Positions 26,517 through 40,680 are shown, counted from the first letter of the stretch. The stretch is DNA of 64,000 nucleotides from Eledone cirrhosa (GCA_964016885.1 OZ024750.1:11160001-11224000), one strand, 5' to 3'. A program made the numbers and translations. Notes: generated by a model not told the origin, from the sequence alone.

Positions 26517-27929
26517 GTGTATATATTATATGATGTATTTCTTGATATATCAATGATAACACACTTTAGATACGAACACAACACAATAATAGATTTTAAT
26601 ACATGGAAAGTAGTTCTAAGAATCACATAAAGCACAAACTTAACAGCTGAAGCCAAACTAGACAAGTAGTGTTAGGTTATTGAATAGTAACTCACTTGAT
26701 TTTATCAATGTTTCATGCATACTAATTCCAAAAATGTTGGCTTATTCGTCTAAGTTGCCAATTAACACAGATTTTTACAGTTACAACTTCAAAACATTTC
26801 ACTTTAATAATTAACTAAGCATTTTTTAATTATGTTAAATATCTTTATAACACGATCAATTTTATTGTTTCTCCCTCTCTATTAATATTCGATTATTTGG
26901 GGAGAGAAAGAAAGAAAGAAAAAAGAATGTAAGTACGAAGTTGTGTGTAGGAGTGTGTGCCTATGTGCATATATGTGTGCATGTATGAGTGTGTGTATAT
27001 TTGTATGCGTGTGAGTGTGCGCGTATTTGTGTGCGTGTGCGTGCGTATTTGCGTGTGCGTGTGTATTTGCGTGTGTGTGTGTGTGTAATGTAGAAACGAA
27101 AAGGTTAATACACAGACGCACATCTATGTGAGTATTTTAGATACGGAGATAATGTAAACAAAACAAGAGACGTGTGTATGCGTTAGTGTACGTGTGAGTA
27201 GACATTATTTGCAATGTTTTGTATTGAAAGTATTGATGAGAACGATACAGAGAAAAAATACTAACCAGGAAAAATTATATTGCTGAATATATGTGTCAGT
27301 GAATAAGAAACTTTGTGGTGGGACCCAAATATAACCATGTGTATGTGTGCAAGCGTCTGTAGAAAGATAGGTGTTGGTGTAGAAAATATGAATTTAAAAG
27401 AAAACTAAATATACTGTATATGCTGTTAATCAACAATTGTTGGCATGTAACCAAATTTGCAAGTCAATAATTGAATACGTTTATCTATAAATATTCACAC
27501 TCTGGATACATATATGATCACTAGCAGATAATGAGAATTCTGATATGCTGTGTCTGCGTAAATGAAACACAGAGTGATTCAAAGATAACTGGCCCCATTT
27601 ATATTTTTGTCTACATTATTCATTCTTTGATATAAACTGTTGAAACTCCGAATATATTTTGTTCAATCCATTACAAACATTAAATAAAACATTCATTCTC
27701 TTCCGATGCTTCGGTCTTCAGTTACAGTACATGTTCCAAGTGATCCCTAACCTTCAGATAGCACCAAAGAAACAAATATGTGGGGATTAATAAGAAGTGT
27801 GTAAGGTCCACTCAATATCAGTCTTCAAACTTATCACACGATTTTTGTTCGGCCGTTCTAGCCATGTATTGAAGGGGCGAGTGCTTGCTCTGGCTTGCTG
27901 GAATCGACCCTACCGAAAGATTTCGATTA

Positions 27930-28115
27930 AATGTTTCTACTTTTGGCACAAGGCCAGCAATTACCCAGTACATTACTGTTACTTTATTTTATCGACCCCG
28001 TAAGGATGAAAGGCAAAGTTAACCTCGCTGGGATTTGAACTCAGACCGTCAAGGGACGTAACTATGCTAGAAAGCATGGTGTCCAACCCTCTACCGATAC
28101 TGCCAATTCACAGCC
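27930..28115 (-). mobile_element. SINE family 1
   Basis: Reverse complement of family consensus. Confidence 0.88.
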
Positions 28116-28985
28116 CTTTCGATTAATACAAATCGATTAGGATCCACATGTATGACGCCTCGCATAGTTTGGAGGTTGTCGTGGAAAGATTTGTTTGGGA
28201 TTATACGTATTTCTGCTTCCTTGATCAAATTACCGACATCAAGTGCTAACCATTTTCATGACATGATAGCAAAATCTTGAAATGTGCTTCCAGCCAAATT
28301 ATGGATCAAACATGATCCGTTACCTGTATTTCTTGTGTATTTTCTATGCAGCTTTAGTACTCGCAGACTCCTAGAACTGGGGATTCTGCAGTCAGATGGC
28401 TTAGTCATGGTTGTTACTACCATAACACACACCTCTTCTACATTCTCCTACAAATTATACTAAGTCTCTACCCTCCAAATAAATCAGCTCGGGGATGTTT
28501 TGTATGCTTGTGAGTAGCACCTGTTAATCCTGCCGGTTTAGGTTAGCTAAAGTTTCATATTTGTTCAAGCTAACGACGAAATATTTGATTTTGAAATCTG
28601 ATAAAAACTGCTAGGGTGACATTGTTTACACATTGCACAAAACAGTTCTTGGAAGATTCTCTGTGTTTTGTGAATAACTTATTGGTTTCTTCTGATGCAT
28701 AAAGGCCATACTATCCGATTGCCAGGAATTGGTGATGTTGTTGGGTATCGAGAGGAGTAAAGTGGTGATAATGGTGTTTTTGTTGATGTTATTGTTACTG
28801 TTGCTCCTCAATCTTTGAGAATGGGAGTGCTGGAATATCATTCATTATAATTAAATAAGAGAGTGAGGCTATACAACAAGATTATCTTATTTTAGTTAGC
28901 ATGTGCTGCATGTTTCACTACAGATATTGCTATAGTTACATAATTAAGGTTGGTATCAAGAGAGATGCTAGCAACTCTATCTCCC

Positions 28986-29041
<56 letters not shown>

Positions 29042-29349
29042 TCTTCCTTCCTCTCTCGTCTGGCAATGTCTCTCTAACTCAATATTTCACATCTGCTTAC
29101 ATATCAAACATCTTTACAAAAGTCTCGCATTTGTTTGAGAAACTATAAAATCAAATTCAAGATATTCAAAATATTAAATCCCGATTTCTCCTATTTAGGG
29201 AGCAAAATCCAATGAAAAGGATCCATCTAACCAATAGTTAGCGGCTATAATTCCCTGGGGGGAGGGGATTGACAACAAATCTTTATAAACAGATTTACAT
29301 TCGCAAAAATTCAGAGAATTCTATGTCCCAAATGAAGGTGTATTCAACA

Positions 29350-29990
29350 ATAATAATTGTTTCTACTTTTAGCACAAGGCCAGCAATTTATCCCAGTGTA
29401 TTACTGGTACTTTATTTTATTGACCCCATAAGGATGAAAGGCAAAGTTAACCTCGGCGGCATTTGAACTCAGACCATAAAGGGCCGTAACTCTTTACTGT
29501 AAAGCATGGCGTCCGACCCTCTACCGATACTGACAATCCAACAAAATAATGATTTCTAGTATAGGCACAACGCCTATTTTTTGTTGGGGGGGGGGGAAGT
29601 CGATTAAATCGACCCTAGTACGTTACTGGTGCTTTATTTTATCAACCCCATAAGGATGAAAGGCAAAGTTAACCTCGACGGGATTTGAACTCAGACCGTA
29701 AAGGACCGTAACTTCATGCTGCAAAGCATGGTGTCCGACCCTCTACCGATACTGCCAATCCACTGCCCTAGTTCAACAATAAATAATGATGATGTTTCTG
29801 ATTTAGGCACAAGGCCAGCAATTTTGGGAGAGGGGAAAGTCGATTGAATCGACCCCATTGCATTACTGGTACTTTATCTTTCGACCCCGTAAGGATGAAA
29901 AGCATCGCTAACCTAGGTGGGATTTGAACACAGAACGTAAAAAGCCGTAACTATGCTGCAAAGCATGGTGTACGACGCTCCGCCGATAGG
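29350..29990 (-). mobile_element. Three tandem SINE family 1 copies
   Basis: Copies at about 29350-29540, 29545-29770 and 29790-29990; the last two carry a longer tail with a GTCGATTAAATCGAC hairpin. Confidence 0.88.
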
Positions 29991-30364
29991 GGAGGGGAAA
30001 GTTGATTAAATTGTATTTTCTTACAATACTAGCGAGTAATTTTTCGATGAATTACTTAGATAATCTCAGTTTATGAAAAACGTTCAAGCTATCAAAATAG
30101 ATGAGGTTCAACTGTGTTTGTATTTAATATACAGAATGTTCCTTTGACGTATTTTCCCTCGGCCATATTGTTATAGTATCAAGGATATTTATCATATGGT
30201 CATTACCTTCATGCAACTAAATTTCAGCAGCTAAACGTCAGTGACATTATCACATGCACTATAATGTATCTGCTATGATGTAATATAGATAATTTCTATG
30301 ACGTATGTTGAATGTTCTGTTATTGTCAGTACTTAATCTTATACATATCTATTTATGAAAAGAT

Positions 30365-30521
30365 TCAGGATCCCGACGGTTGAGCTCCAGCGTTATATAT
30401 ATATATATATATATAGCGAAGGAAGTGTGGTAAGTAACCAGGTGAACCATAACGCACCAGAGTACTCGACACTGGGTAGAAGAGTGGGTAATAGGAAAAG
30501 AGTCGAGGTTCTGACTCTTTT

Positions 30522-30584
<63 letters not shown>

Positions 30585-30756
30585 GAACGAGTAGGACCCC
30601 GACGGCTGAGCTCAAGCCGTTTCGACTGCAAATTCTGGACTAAATTAGCAGTCCAGAATTAGCAGTCGAAACGTTCCTATCACCCACTCTACTACCCTAA
30701 GTATTGAGTACTTTGGTGCGTTATGGTCCATCTGGTTCCTTACCACATTTCCTTCG

Positions 30757-30760
<4 letters not shown>
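30365..30760. mobile_element. Two family-A elements (minus about 30415-30525; plus about 30580-30760) in TA/GA repeats
   Basis: Tails in both orientations; fold-back gtttcgactgc...gcagtcgaaac; mini hairpin taggaaaagagtc/gactcttttccta. Confidence 0.75.
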
Positions 30761-30816
<56 letters not shown>

Positions 30817-31015
30817 AGGTATATTCTACACTTTTGCGGGCGACCATCTGCAAGCTGTCTTGCTTTATTTCAATGTACTATGGAGAAAGTGTCGAAAACG
30901 TTCGGACACAATACCTTTCACCAAAATCGGGTAATAAATGCGTTAAAATAGAATGTTATTCTTTGATGGTGGTGGTGGTGGGGTGGTGGTAGTAGATACA
31001 TTTCATAAACACCGA

Positions 31016-31073
<58 letters not shown>

Positions 31074-32635
31074 AATATATATATATATAAACAGTTTCTT
31101 AAATGCCAAAACCTTCATTGGGAGAATACAAGCTAGACAAACTAATATAAGAAGGTTTTGTTGGAACCATCTCCCTAACTGCAGTTTCTGGGAGTATGAA
31201 ACAATATTAACTATTCCAATAAATTAGGACAACCAATATTATAAGACATTCCTTTCTCAGAGAGATTCTTTGGAAGTAGAAAAATATTCAATAGATAGTA
31301 TATCACTGGATGCTTGTATGTATGCATTTTTGAGCATATGTCAGTGTATTTGCGTGCGCATGTATGTATCTTTAGTCGATGAATAGCAGCGAAATATATA
31401 CTATATACGCATCGGTGAGAAAACCGATGATCAAATGTTTTTGAATGTAAGTATTTGATTCAACTAAGATCTAAAAACACTCCTTTGTAAACCAATGCTT
31501 GGTGCATTAGATACGTATAGCTAATTAGGTTATTGTTTGCATAATACAGTATATATTATGAAAAGAATCAAAAGGAAATCTTTGGCCTAGAGTTTCAGCA
31601 TAGCTATATCATTGCTTTATTTAACCAAATTCGTCCAGAGATTTCACATATTTTACTTCTTACATTAAATACTTTTACTATCATAGAGTGGCCATGATGT
31701 TAAAAGTCTGTATCTGATCTGGATTCGATATGTTCAAACTAACAATTAATCTCACTTTCTGGAGAATTTCATCTATTAATTGATAATGCTATTCTTGGAA
31801 ATGTATAGCTTTTCTGTCTACCTCGCTTATCTAATCTGAATCTTTTTTCCATGTGGTCTGACATGTTCCTTTACGTTTCTTAAGACATCGATCATTTGAG
31901 TTCTTGCGAGTGTCGCAAAGTTCATCTGCTATGGGTTGAGATCTCTGTAGAATGTATTTTTGTCGTTAAAATATATAGCCTTTTGTTTTAATATAACCTC
32001 TAGTTCTTCTGGAATAATCAATTCCGAATTGTAAAGATAGTTGAGTTTTCTCTCTTCTCTTACACACCTTATAGAAAATTGAACAAAAGGAAATACTGAT
32101 TTCGTTTTAGATATTTTCAGAACTTAGTGAGCTTCATAGAGATACTGATTTTGCTTGTTCAGCTTCTATTACTCCTGTTTCATCTCTTACCATTCATTCA
32201 TTTCTTTCTCTGTCCATTTTTCACTATAACCACTAATTTGATTGTAGCATAAGAGTGAATGAATGGCTTAAATCTTTGGCATTTATTTCATGTATTTAGA
32301 TTGATGCTTTCAGCGATAAATTAGCGTTTTTATTAACTTTTTCTCAAATTTTAAGCCTTTTCTTGGAGTTTGGTTGGTATTAATACAATTGCTATGACAG
32401 AATACGTAGGAGAATTTTCTCTATTTTGTTATATCACATTATATTCTAAATTCAAATATCCCCGACGTAGATTTCGCCTGCAGCTAGTTGGATCGATAAA
32501 ATACCAGTCGAAAACAGAAAAAATGTTAATCCATTACAACCCTCAACTGAAATATGCAGACGTGTACCATTATTAGATATCTTGATCAGCATTATTATTA
32601 TTATTATTATCATTATTATTATTATTATTATTATT

Positions 32636-32844
32636 CGTTGAGTCTCAGTCATTGATGTTAGTTAACTGGAAAGTTTGTTGAAATGAATATCAAGCCACTA
32701 CCTGCGGCCTCAGATATTCAGGACGTATCGGAGGGTTCTTGCTGTTCCCAGCAAGCATGCCTTTTGAAGCGTTCCAAAAAGCGTGAAGGGGCCAATTTTC
32801 TTTAACCATCCCTGGAAACTTTTTGAGATAGTCCCTAGTGCCCC

Positions 32845-32845
<1 letters not shown>
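32636..32845 (-). mobile_element. R4/Dong-type LINE 3' end within (ATT)n
   Basis: Near-identical to 62410-62620; encodes ALGTISKSFQGWLKKI...GTLQKACLLGTARTLRYVL; (ATT)n on both sides. Confidence 0.8.
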
Positions 32846-32888
<43 letters not shown>

Positions 32889-32889
<1 letters not shown>

Positions 32890-33027
32890 GGGTGGTGGAT
32901 TGGCAGTATCGGTAGACGGTCGGACGCTATGCTTTGCAGCAAAGAGTTACGGCCCTTTCCATTCTGAGTTCAAATCCCGCCGAGGTTAACTTTGCCTTTC
33001 ATCCTTACGGGGTCTATAAAATAAAGT
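32889..33027 (+). mobile_element. SINE family 1 (3' truncated)
   Basis: GGGTGGTGGATTGGCAGTATCGGTAGA...GAGTTCAAATCCCGCCGAGG. Confidence 0.85.
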
Positions 33028-34074
33028 TTCTCTAATGACAATTATGTTAATACTGTAGTAAGACGCCTCACGCCTCTTGATAGAACAACGCTGGTTGAGA
33101 ACGCGAGAAAGATAAAACAGACAGCCACTGAAAAGCCGACTGATCACACGCTAGAAACCAGCCTCTGAACCACACCATTGTTTGTCCTACATCAAAAATA
33201 AACATATATTTCATCTCTAATTTCTGCTGTTGAAATCATTATTATGTCACTCGTATCTCAATAACATCTATAACTAATACTGCTATAATACTTTTACATG
33301 AAAGAGAAAATAATTTTTAGTAATCATAACATTCTTTACATCAAAATATCCGTGCTGCAATACTCTGAGAAATGACTAGCCAGGCTAACATATATTAAAC
33401 GGAAACATGTGTACATGTGTACTTCGATACACATCTTATGTTCCACATAAAATAGAGTCTAATCTGAACAAATCGAATGGATTATTTCACAAGATTTCTC
33501 TGGTCAGTGTCTCGCACATCAGTAAACGATTTTTTTTTTCTCGACTGTAATTAGTAGGAAGTTTGTATCGTGATAAGAAAGAAGAATTGTTCTATGAAAA
33601 AGAGTTTACAGAAGCAAGGAAAAATTATTTTCCATCAAAATTAAACCTAGACCTCCCCGCCTTCCCCACTCACTGCAGTTTTATAAATATCAACTAAAAA
33701 GGATTAGGAAGAAGATAAGAAAGTTCTGCTATGGACTAAGTATTTTTAAATGAGAGCCATATCACGGTCTTTCACTAGTTTTCTAGAGAAAATATTTGTA
33801 TCCCGAATTGGGCGTGATGAGATTTTCAGATTATTAATATTTAGATTAAGAAATGAGATAGTAAGATGATTTATGGATATATGATAAGATTGATCAGCAC
33901 AAATGGAGAAATGATATTGTGTAAGAATTGGAGTATAGTCAAATGGAGATTTTAATGATGGCTAAAATTCTTGGAAAACTAACTTTTGTAGTTACCAAAA
34001 CAACGAGTCTATAAATTTTATTGATGTTTTTCTCACGTACCCATTTTATTCTTTTGTTCATATGTTATATAATC

Positions 34075-34501
34075 AGTCTGTCCACTTATTTCTGAGGGGG
34101 TCGTGGGAACAGATTCCTGAAACACTCCTTCCACTGGGTCCTGTCAGAAGCAACAGTCTCCAACTAATCCGGATGGATCCCCAAGCGTGACCAATCAAGC
34201 TCAAGGATGTTATCCAATCCTCTTGCTCGGGGTCGACCCCTGCCCGTAAAATCTGTCCAGCAATTCTTTCCTGAGACATTCTAACCACATGCACACCTTC
34301 CCCATATAGTATCGGAGCTGTGATCTCTAAATTCAGAGAAGTAGCGGCTCTAGCTGGAGTGACTGATCTCCGAGTAACATCATTCCAAAGACCCTTCGGA
34401 TGTTGATCGTGAAATCTTTAATTCAACCACTGCATTACTATTTAAATCATCCAAAACAGGTCTGATCATGATGAATTGTTTAAACAATGAACAAAGCTCA
34501 T
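34075..34501 (-). mobile_element. RTE-like LINE 3' fragment or non-autonomous derivative
   Basis: ORF 34073-34294 HVVRMSQERIAGQIL...WITSLSL; homologous to 10510-10925 and 40127-40382. Confidence 0.7.
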
Positions 34502-35469
34502 GCCTCATATTTCAATTTCCGAGCCAATCCGCTATATCAGAATACTAATCATTTCTATATTTTGCTGGGCAACAAAAATGTCTTTTTTCTAGACATTGAT
34601 GTAACTATGATATCGATATTATCATATCGATATCAGAATTTCACTAACATTTAGAATATAACAAAATCGATATCTCAGTTCCACAAACTTCTAGTGTCCT
34701 GCTCTATCTATATCATATTTACAGCAATATCTAGTACGTTTTTGTTTAATTGGAAGATATTCTTAATCGGAGATGATAGCATCGAAACGTTATGTATTAC
34801 TATAGTAAAGTGAGCCGTGTAAATAAGCATATGGCATATAAAAAAGGATATATCAATTAGATGATGGATATATTATGGACGAATTCTTAATGAATTATAA
34901 TTCCTAATGTAGTTGGAGAAGGCAAACGAACGTCTAGCGGCAATAGTTAATGACTCACAAAAGCGAAGGGATAATTTCAAACAGTATAATTAAACAAAAA
35001 ATAGAATTAATTTCAAAAATAGAAAATTAATTTAATCGCCATGCTTAAGGAACAATCTCTTTTTTGTTACACATGTTGCGAGCAACGCACGTGCTTCCTC
35101 CTTATAGAAAAATTCCGTGATTCACACCCACTTTCTCTTTAAATATAAACACTAACGTAGGCAAAATATTCCTTAAATTTCCTCCCACATCACAGATATA
35201 GTAGGATCTTCAGTAAGCTCGCCGTAAAAATTTGTTATTCGTGGGGCCCTTCCATAAAATTAATGATAACTGCAAAACATAAACCCAGGGAAGGAACTCG
35301 ATGCTCATGGAGAATAAAGGAAAAATCTCACTGGAAAGGGCTTATAACATAAGGTCGATATATAAAGCAGACGTTACACATGAGAGTACCAACGAAACAG
35401 CGGGAAGAAAAATATTTGAATAGAAGACAGGAATAAACAAAGATTTTACTTGTATATATGGATCATCAG

Positions 35470-36336
35470 GTAGGCTGACCTGGTTAAATATGTGGAAAAT
35501 AAAGTGGGGGGATATATACTCTATATAGGGACCTTCAAGTAGGGTGTCCTGGTTAAATATGTGTGGAAAATAACGGGGGCATGTATACTCCATATAGGGA
35601 CCTTCAAGTAGGGTGTCCTGGTTAAATATGTGTGGAAAATAACGGGGGCATGTATACTCCATATAGGGACCTTCAAGTAGGCTGTCCTGGTTAAATATGT
35701 GTGGAAAATAATGGGGGCATCTATACTCCATATAGGGACCTTCAAGTAGGCTGTCCTGGTTAAATATGTGTGGAAAATAACGGGGGCATGTATACTCCAT
35801 ATAGGGACCTTCAAGTAGGGTGTCCTGGTTAAATATGTGTGGAAAATAACGGGGGCATGTATACTCCATATAGGGACCTTCAAGTAGGCTGTCCTGGTTA
35901 AATATGTGTGGAAAATAACGGGGGCATGTATACTCCATATAGGGACCTTCAAGTAGGCTGTCCTGGTTAAATATGTGTGGAAAATAACGGGGGCATGTAT
36001 ACTCCATATAGGGACCTTCAAGTAGGCTGTCCTGGTTAAATATGTGTGGAAAATAACGGGGGCATGTATACTCCATATAGGGACCTTCAAGTAGGCTGTC
36101 CTGGTTAAATATGTGTGGAAAATAACGGGGGCATGTATACTCCATATAGGGACCTTCAAGTAGGGTGTCCTGGTTAAATATGTGTGGAAAATAACGGGGG
36201 CATGTATACTCCATATAGGGACCTTCAAGTAGGCTGTCCTGGTTAAATATGTGTGGAAAATAACGGGGGCATGTATACTCCATATAGGGACCTTCAAGTA
36301 GGCTGTCCTGGTTAAATATGTGTGGAAAATAACGGG
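35470..36336. repeat. 69-bp minisatellite, about 12 copies
   Basis: Unit ctccatatagggaccttcaagtagg(c/g)tgtcctggttaaatatgtgtggaaaataacgggggcatgtata; gives the 23-aa repeat ORFs. Confidence 0.97.
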
Positions 36337-36997
36337 CAGATGCACAGTCTTTAAAGTAAATTGAGAAATACTAGAAAAACGCCGAATCAGTACCTCACCT
36401 AACGAAACAAATATGTACCAGCGTGTTCAGTAGAATAATTCAAGGTATAACATCTTTTAAAAAAATAACTTAATGCCAATAGTGGGGTCTTCATGAACTG
36501 TTTATATTTGAAACGGAAACATCCCAAACCCCGACCTACAGCCTTCATTGCTAATAGAAATCCCATTTAGAAATACCCTAGAAGTTCAGTTCTAGGGTAG
36601 TATTATAATATTCCCACACATAACGTCACTCAGCGCATCACACAACCAGTTTATAAATCCTCCCTCCTAACTCAAAATGTGTTTGATATACATTTCTATA
36701 TGCACGAACTTATAATGTATCACCTTTCTTTGTTCTTTCTCCCCAACTAAGTGTAACTCTAGGCTTTATATATTTGATTATTACTTTTCCAAGCTATTTT
36801 CCAAAATGAAAATTATTTTAATTCTGAAGTCATCTTCGTTAAATAACGCCTATTCTGTTTCACATTGTCCAATATTTCGCAAGAAACATTTTACTAAATC
36901 TCGTTCGCCAAATTTTTCACACATTGCTTGACTCATTGCTTGACAAATTGTTAAAACCTTTGACTACAATGGATGTTCGTTTGTGCGAATCCTAATG

Positions 36998-37052
<55 letters not shown>

Positions 37053-37092
37053 GGGTATAAAAGGTAAACAGAAATAACACATGTATCTTTTA

Positions 37093-37138
<46 letters not shown>

Positions 37139-37687
37139 GCAGCGGCGTTGACTTTAGTTTCCCCTTTCAATTATCGATAATAGAATTCTCCCTCCTTAAA
37201 TCTGTGGCATTGTGTACTTATCTTAGAAATCGATAATATCGTGACAGAGAACCTGGTAATTCTTCGAATTATATCTGATTTCATTCTCGTTTAAGGTTTG
37301 ACTGGGCACATGCACAATCAGTAGCCTACCAAAGAATACTCGTGCCTGTGTTGTATATCTACTTTATGCTTGAGATTATTAACTATAAACCTTCTTATTA
37401 TTGTCATTGCTTAACCGAATGTGCAGCTTCATTCATCATACCCGTGCATATTCCGAATAACACTTATGTGAAGGCCATTGACATCCGAAATCTTCATTAT
37501 CACTTATTTCAACTGTGAACTGAGTTAAAGTTACATACACATTCAACCAAAAGACCCCTAATATCGAGCAGAAATCAAACAAATCAATTGACATTATAGA
37601 TTAATATTTACGGTTTGAGTTCAAATCCCGTCGAGGTTAACTTCACCTTTCCTCCTTACCGGGTCGATAAAATAAAGTACCAGTAAT

Positions 37688-37909
37688 CTTTAAACGATCG
37701 ACTTTCGTCAAATCGGACCGAGGGAACAATGTTTCCGTTGGTCTTTCCAATTGCTAGTACTATCTATCGGTCGCAACTCCAGGTAGAAGGAGCAACGTGA
37801 AATAAAGTGTCTTGCTCAAGGACATAACGCATCACCTCGTCCAGGAATCGAACTCACAACCTTACGATTGCGAATCCAATTCTCTAACCACTCAGCCACA
37901 CGCCTTCAC
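37688..37909 (-). mobile_element. SINE family 2 (tRNA head) nested in a family 1 SINE
   Basis: Minus-strand head GTGAAGGCGTGTGGCTGAGTGGTTAGAG..GAGTTCGATTCC, body TCCTTGAGCAAGACACTTTATTTCAC; TSD AGTACCAGTAAT on both sides. Confidence 0.8.
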
Positions 37910-37964
37910 AGTACCAGTAATATACTGGTTAATTACTGGCTTTGTGCCAAAAGTAGAAACAATT

Positions 37965-38082
37965 AAGAGTTCAAATCCCGCTAAGGTTAACTTTGCATTT
38001 CATCCTTACGGGGTCGATAAAATAAAGTACCTGTAATACACTGGGATAATTGCTGGCCTTGTGCCAAAAGTAGAAACAATTA
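37965..38082 (+). mobile_element. SINE family 1 (5' truncated)
   Basis: GAGTTCAAATCCCG...AAGTAGAAACAATTAT. Confidence 0.85.
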
Positions 38083-38225
38083 TAGATTAAAATATTGGAA
38101 ACACTTTACCTTCTGTTTTGGTGATTACTAATCTGAAAAAAAAGTGTTAAAATCTTTTCCAAATATGTTGGGAATCATCAAGAGTAGACCACATCGGATG
38201 CTCAAAGTAGTAAGTCACTTAATAG

Positions 38226-38404
38226 CAGACCCCGTCCGACGGGGAGATCCCACCCGCTTAGGGGTGGGTGAGAGATGTCTTCTCTTGTGAAAATGGGTAT
38301 AGCTTTCATTATGTAAAATCTCCCTATTTTTCCTCGTATCTCCGTTTTGGGGCACTATTTTTCATGGTACTCCCCGCTTGGGTTTTAAGAGGTTGGCAGG
38401 TCTG
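38226..38404. mobile_element. Possible hAT-like MITE
   Basis: Right end GTTGGCAGGTCTG, degenerate left end CAGACCCCGTCCGAC. Confidence 0.4.
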
Positions 38405-39559
38405 ACATCAGATGATCAAAGTAGTATGTCATTTAACAGACTTGCAGCAAAAGTAATGCAATAACAGTTTATACAGATGTGAGAAGTAAACTATACAACA
38501 TTATGATACGATTTTTACCCCGCCAGAATAAGAGGTGCGGGGAAAATATTGATATCACTTCATAAGAAGAAATGTTTGTCATCTTTTCGTACGAAGCTTA
38601 GCGAACACAAGCTAGACACGCGCTTTGCTGAAACATAATGGTCATGTTGTGGGAATATAATTAAATACTAAATATTTGAGGGCAGCTTTTTTTCCCTTTG
38701 ATTCAAAATAATTTAGATCAAACCTTTATTTCATTTGTTTGAATGTTTTCTAAGCCGAGCAAACAATATATGTCTGTATACTCTGCGTTCATTCAGTAAA
38801 TATTTAATTGTTAAAAGAATTGTATAATGAAAGAGGTTATCTTTTATAAACACAACAACGAAATTCTGAGATTGTGAGTTGTATTTTACTTTTAAAAAAA
38901 ATAGATTGAAGTTGAAGGAAAGAAACTAAATCAACAATAATATTAAACTCTTACCTTTATCGTTTCATTGTTGCTACAAAATGATGAATATAGATATTGG
39001 TCTGTTAATAAAGCAGCCAAAACCTAAATGGACAAAAAAAATGAATAGTTACTGTTCTCTATTATATTTATTGAATTCTTTCTATGTACTTAACTATGTT
39101 AATAATCTGTAAACTCTACAGACAACACACATATATTCATATACAAGATATACCTTAGACTCACCAAGCTGAATGTCTTGTATAATGTTTTTTCTTTTCT
39201 GCCCGTCGTCACGCCCACTATGTCAACCATGCGGCTGACCACAGACAGACTACTTTTGCTACCAACCTCACACTAATCCCCTTCATTTACCTCCAGTAAA
39301 GCGCACTGGAAAGACCAACGGAAACATTGTTTCCTCGGTCCAATTTGACGAAAGTCGATCGATCCTTTAATAATTAGACAAATTCTTTACCGAGAAGACT
39401 AGAAAGTTATTTGGATTGTGACAGCTCTGTATTTCTAGTTGAATCACATGACTAATAGTACTCCAGTTGCAGTATTCAGTTAACGGATAAATAGATCAGA
39501 TTCAACACATGAATGACTGTTAGATATAAAAATAATAAAACAACAACGATATTGATTCT

Positions 39560-40600
39560 AGGAAAGTAAAAGACGAGAAATCCAAAACCTCCGGCTCTAT
39601 GGTTTAGTTGCCAGCAACCTACAGACCTTTCATTTATGATCTACAACAAGATGTTTGCTCACCTGGAAAGCAATAATATCTTATCGGATGAGCTGAATGG
39701 ATGCAGGAAATAAATATATGACTGTACACATTTTGTAAATTATCAAAGACTGCAAAAACAGAGAATGGAAATTTTACATTATATGTATTGATTACAAAAT
39801 GCCTTCAATAGTATACTATACCACAATTTTGTGTACACTCAATGGAATAGAGTAAATTCTATGATAACACTGTACATCAACCAAGCTATAAAAACGTAGA
39901 AAACAAACACAATATTGCAAGACAAAGAGATTATGATTAAAGCCACTTTATGCCCATAAAAATAGGAATTATTCAGTGAAGATATGCTCTCTCTTCCGAA
40001 GCCTAGCCTCGACTTCATTAATAAAACTGATAACTGAAACGACCACTGGTTGTAGATGTATCAACTACATTATCAACTGTCTTAAACATTCTTCTTCTTT
40101 TCTTCTTCTTCTTCTTCTTCTTCTTCGCCCACTTATTCACGTGGGGGGAAGTTGGGGCCGACTTCTCAAACACTCCTTCCACCAGGTTCTGAGAGAGACA
40201 TTTCTAATCACATGCACATAGTATCGAAGCTGTGATCTCTCAAATGGAAGAAGTAGCGGCTCTAACTGGAGTGACTCTCTGATCTCCGAACTACAAATCT
40301 GTCCAGCCATTCTTTCCTGAGACATTCTAAACATATTCCCATAGTATTGGAGCTGTGATCTCTCAATTCGGAGAAGTAGTGGTTTAAACATAGAAGGCTT
40401 AATACGGAGAAAGAGATTCATAAAAATGACTTCGTGAATTTAAACGTGACTATGGCAACTCAAAGTTAAATTGTTGCACATTTTCTACGGAATAAGTTAT
40501 ATCAGGAAAGTGAAGCCAGAGATTTGAATGTTTGGAACTATACAGACAATTAGAATTGGACTAAACTAACTAGATACATCAATGCAATTAGAAAGATCAG
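39560..40600 (+). pseudogene. Highly degenerate R4/Dong-type RT remnant, interrupted by an RTE fragment
   Basis: HLESNNILSDELNGCRK, IIKDCKNREW, CIDYKMPS (IDY.KAFDS-like) in broken frames; 3' boundary uncertain. Confidence 0.55.
40088..40382 (-). mobile_element. RTE-like 3' fragment with (GAA)n tail
   Basis: ORF 40137-40421 PLLLRIERSQLQYYGNMFRMSQER duplicated internally; (TTC)n at 40088-40126. Confidence 0.7.
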
Positions 40601-40646
40601 CCACTTGATCATACCATTCATGACTACCTTGTCATTTAAATGTTAG

Positions 40647-40678
<32 letters not shown>

Positions 40679-40680
40679 TA

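Noticed and set aside
37691-39370. 55-bp inverted repeats 1.6 kb apart suggesting a TIR transposon
   Set aside because: The left copy is the 3' tail of a TSD-bounded SINE; the right copy is a solitary tail in the opposite orientation
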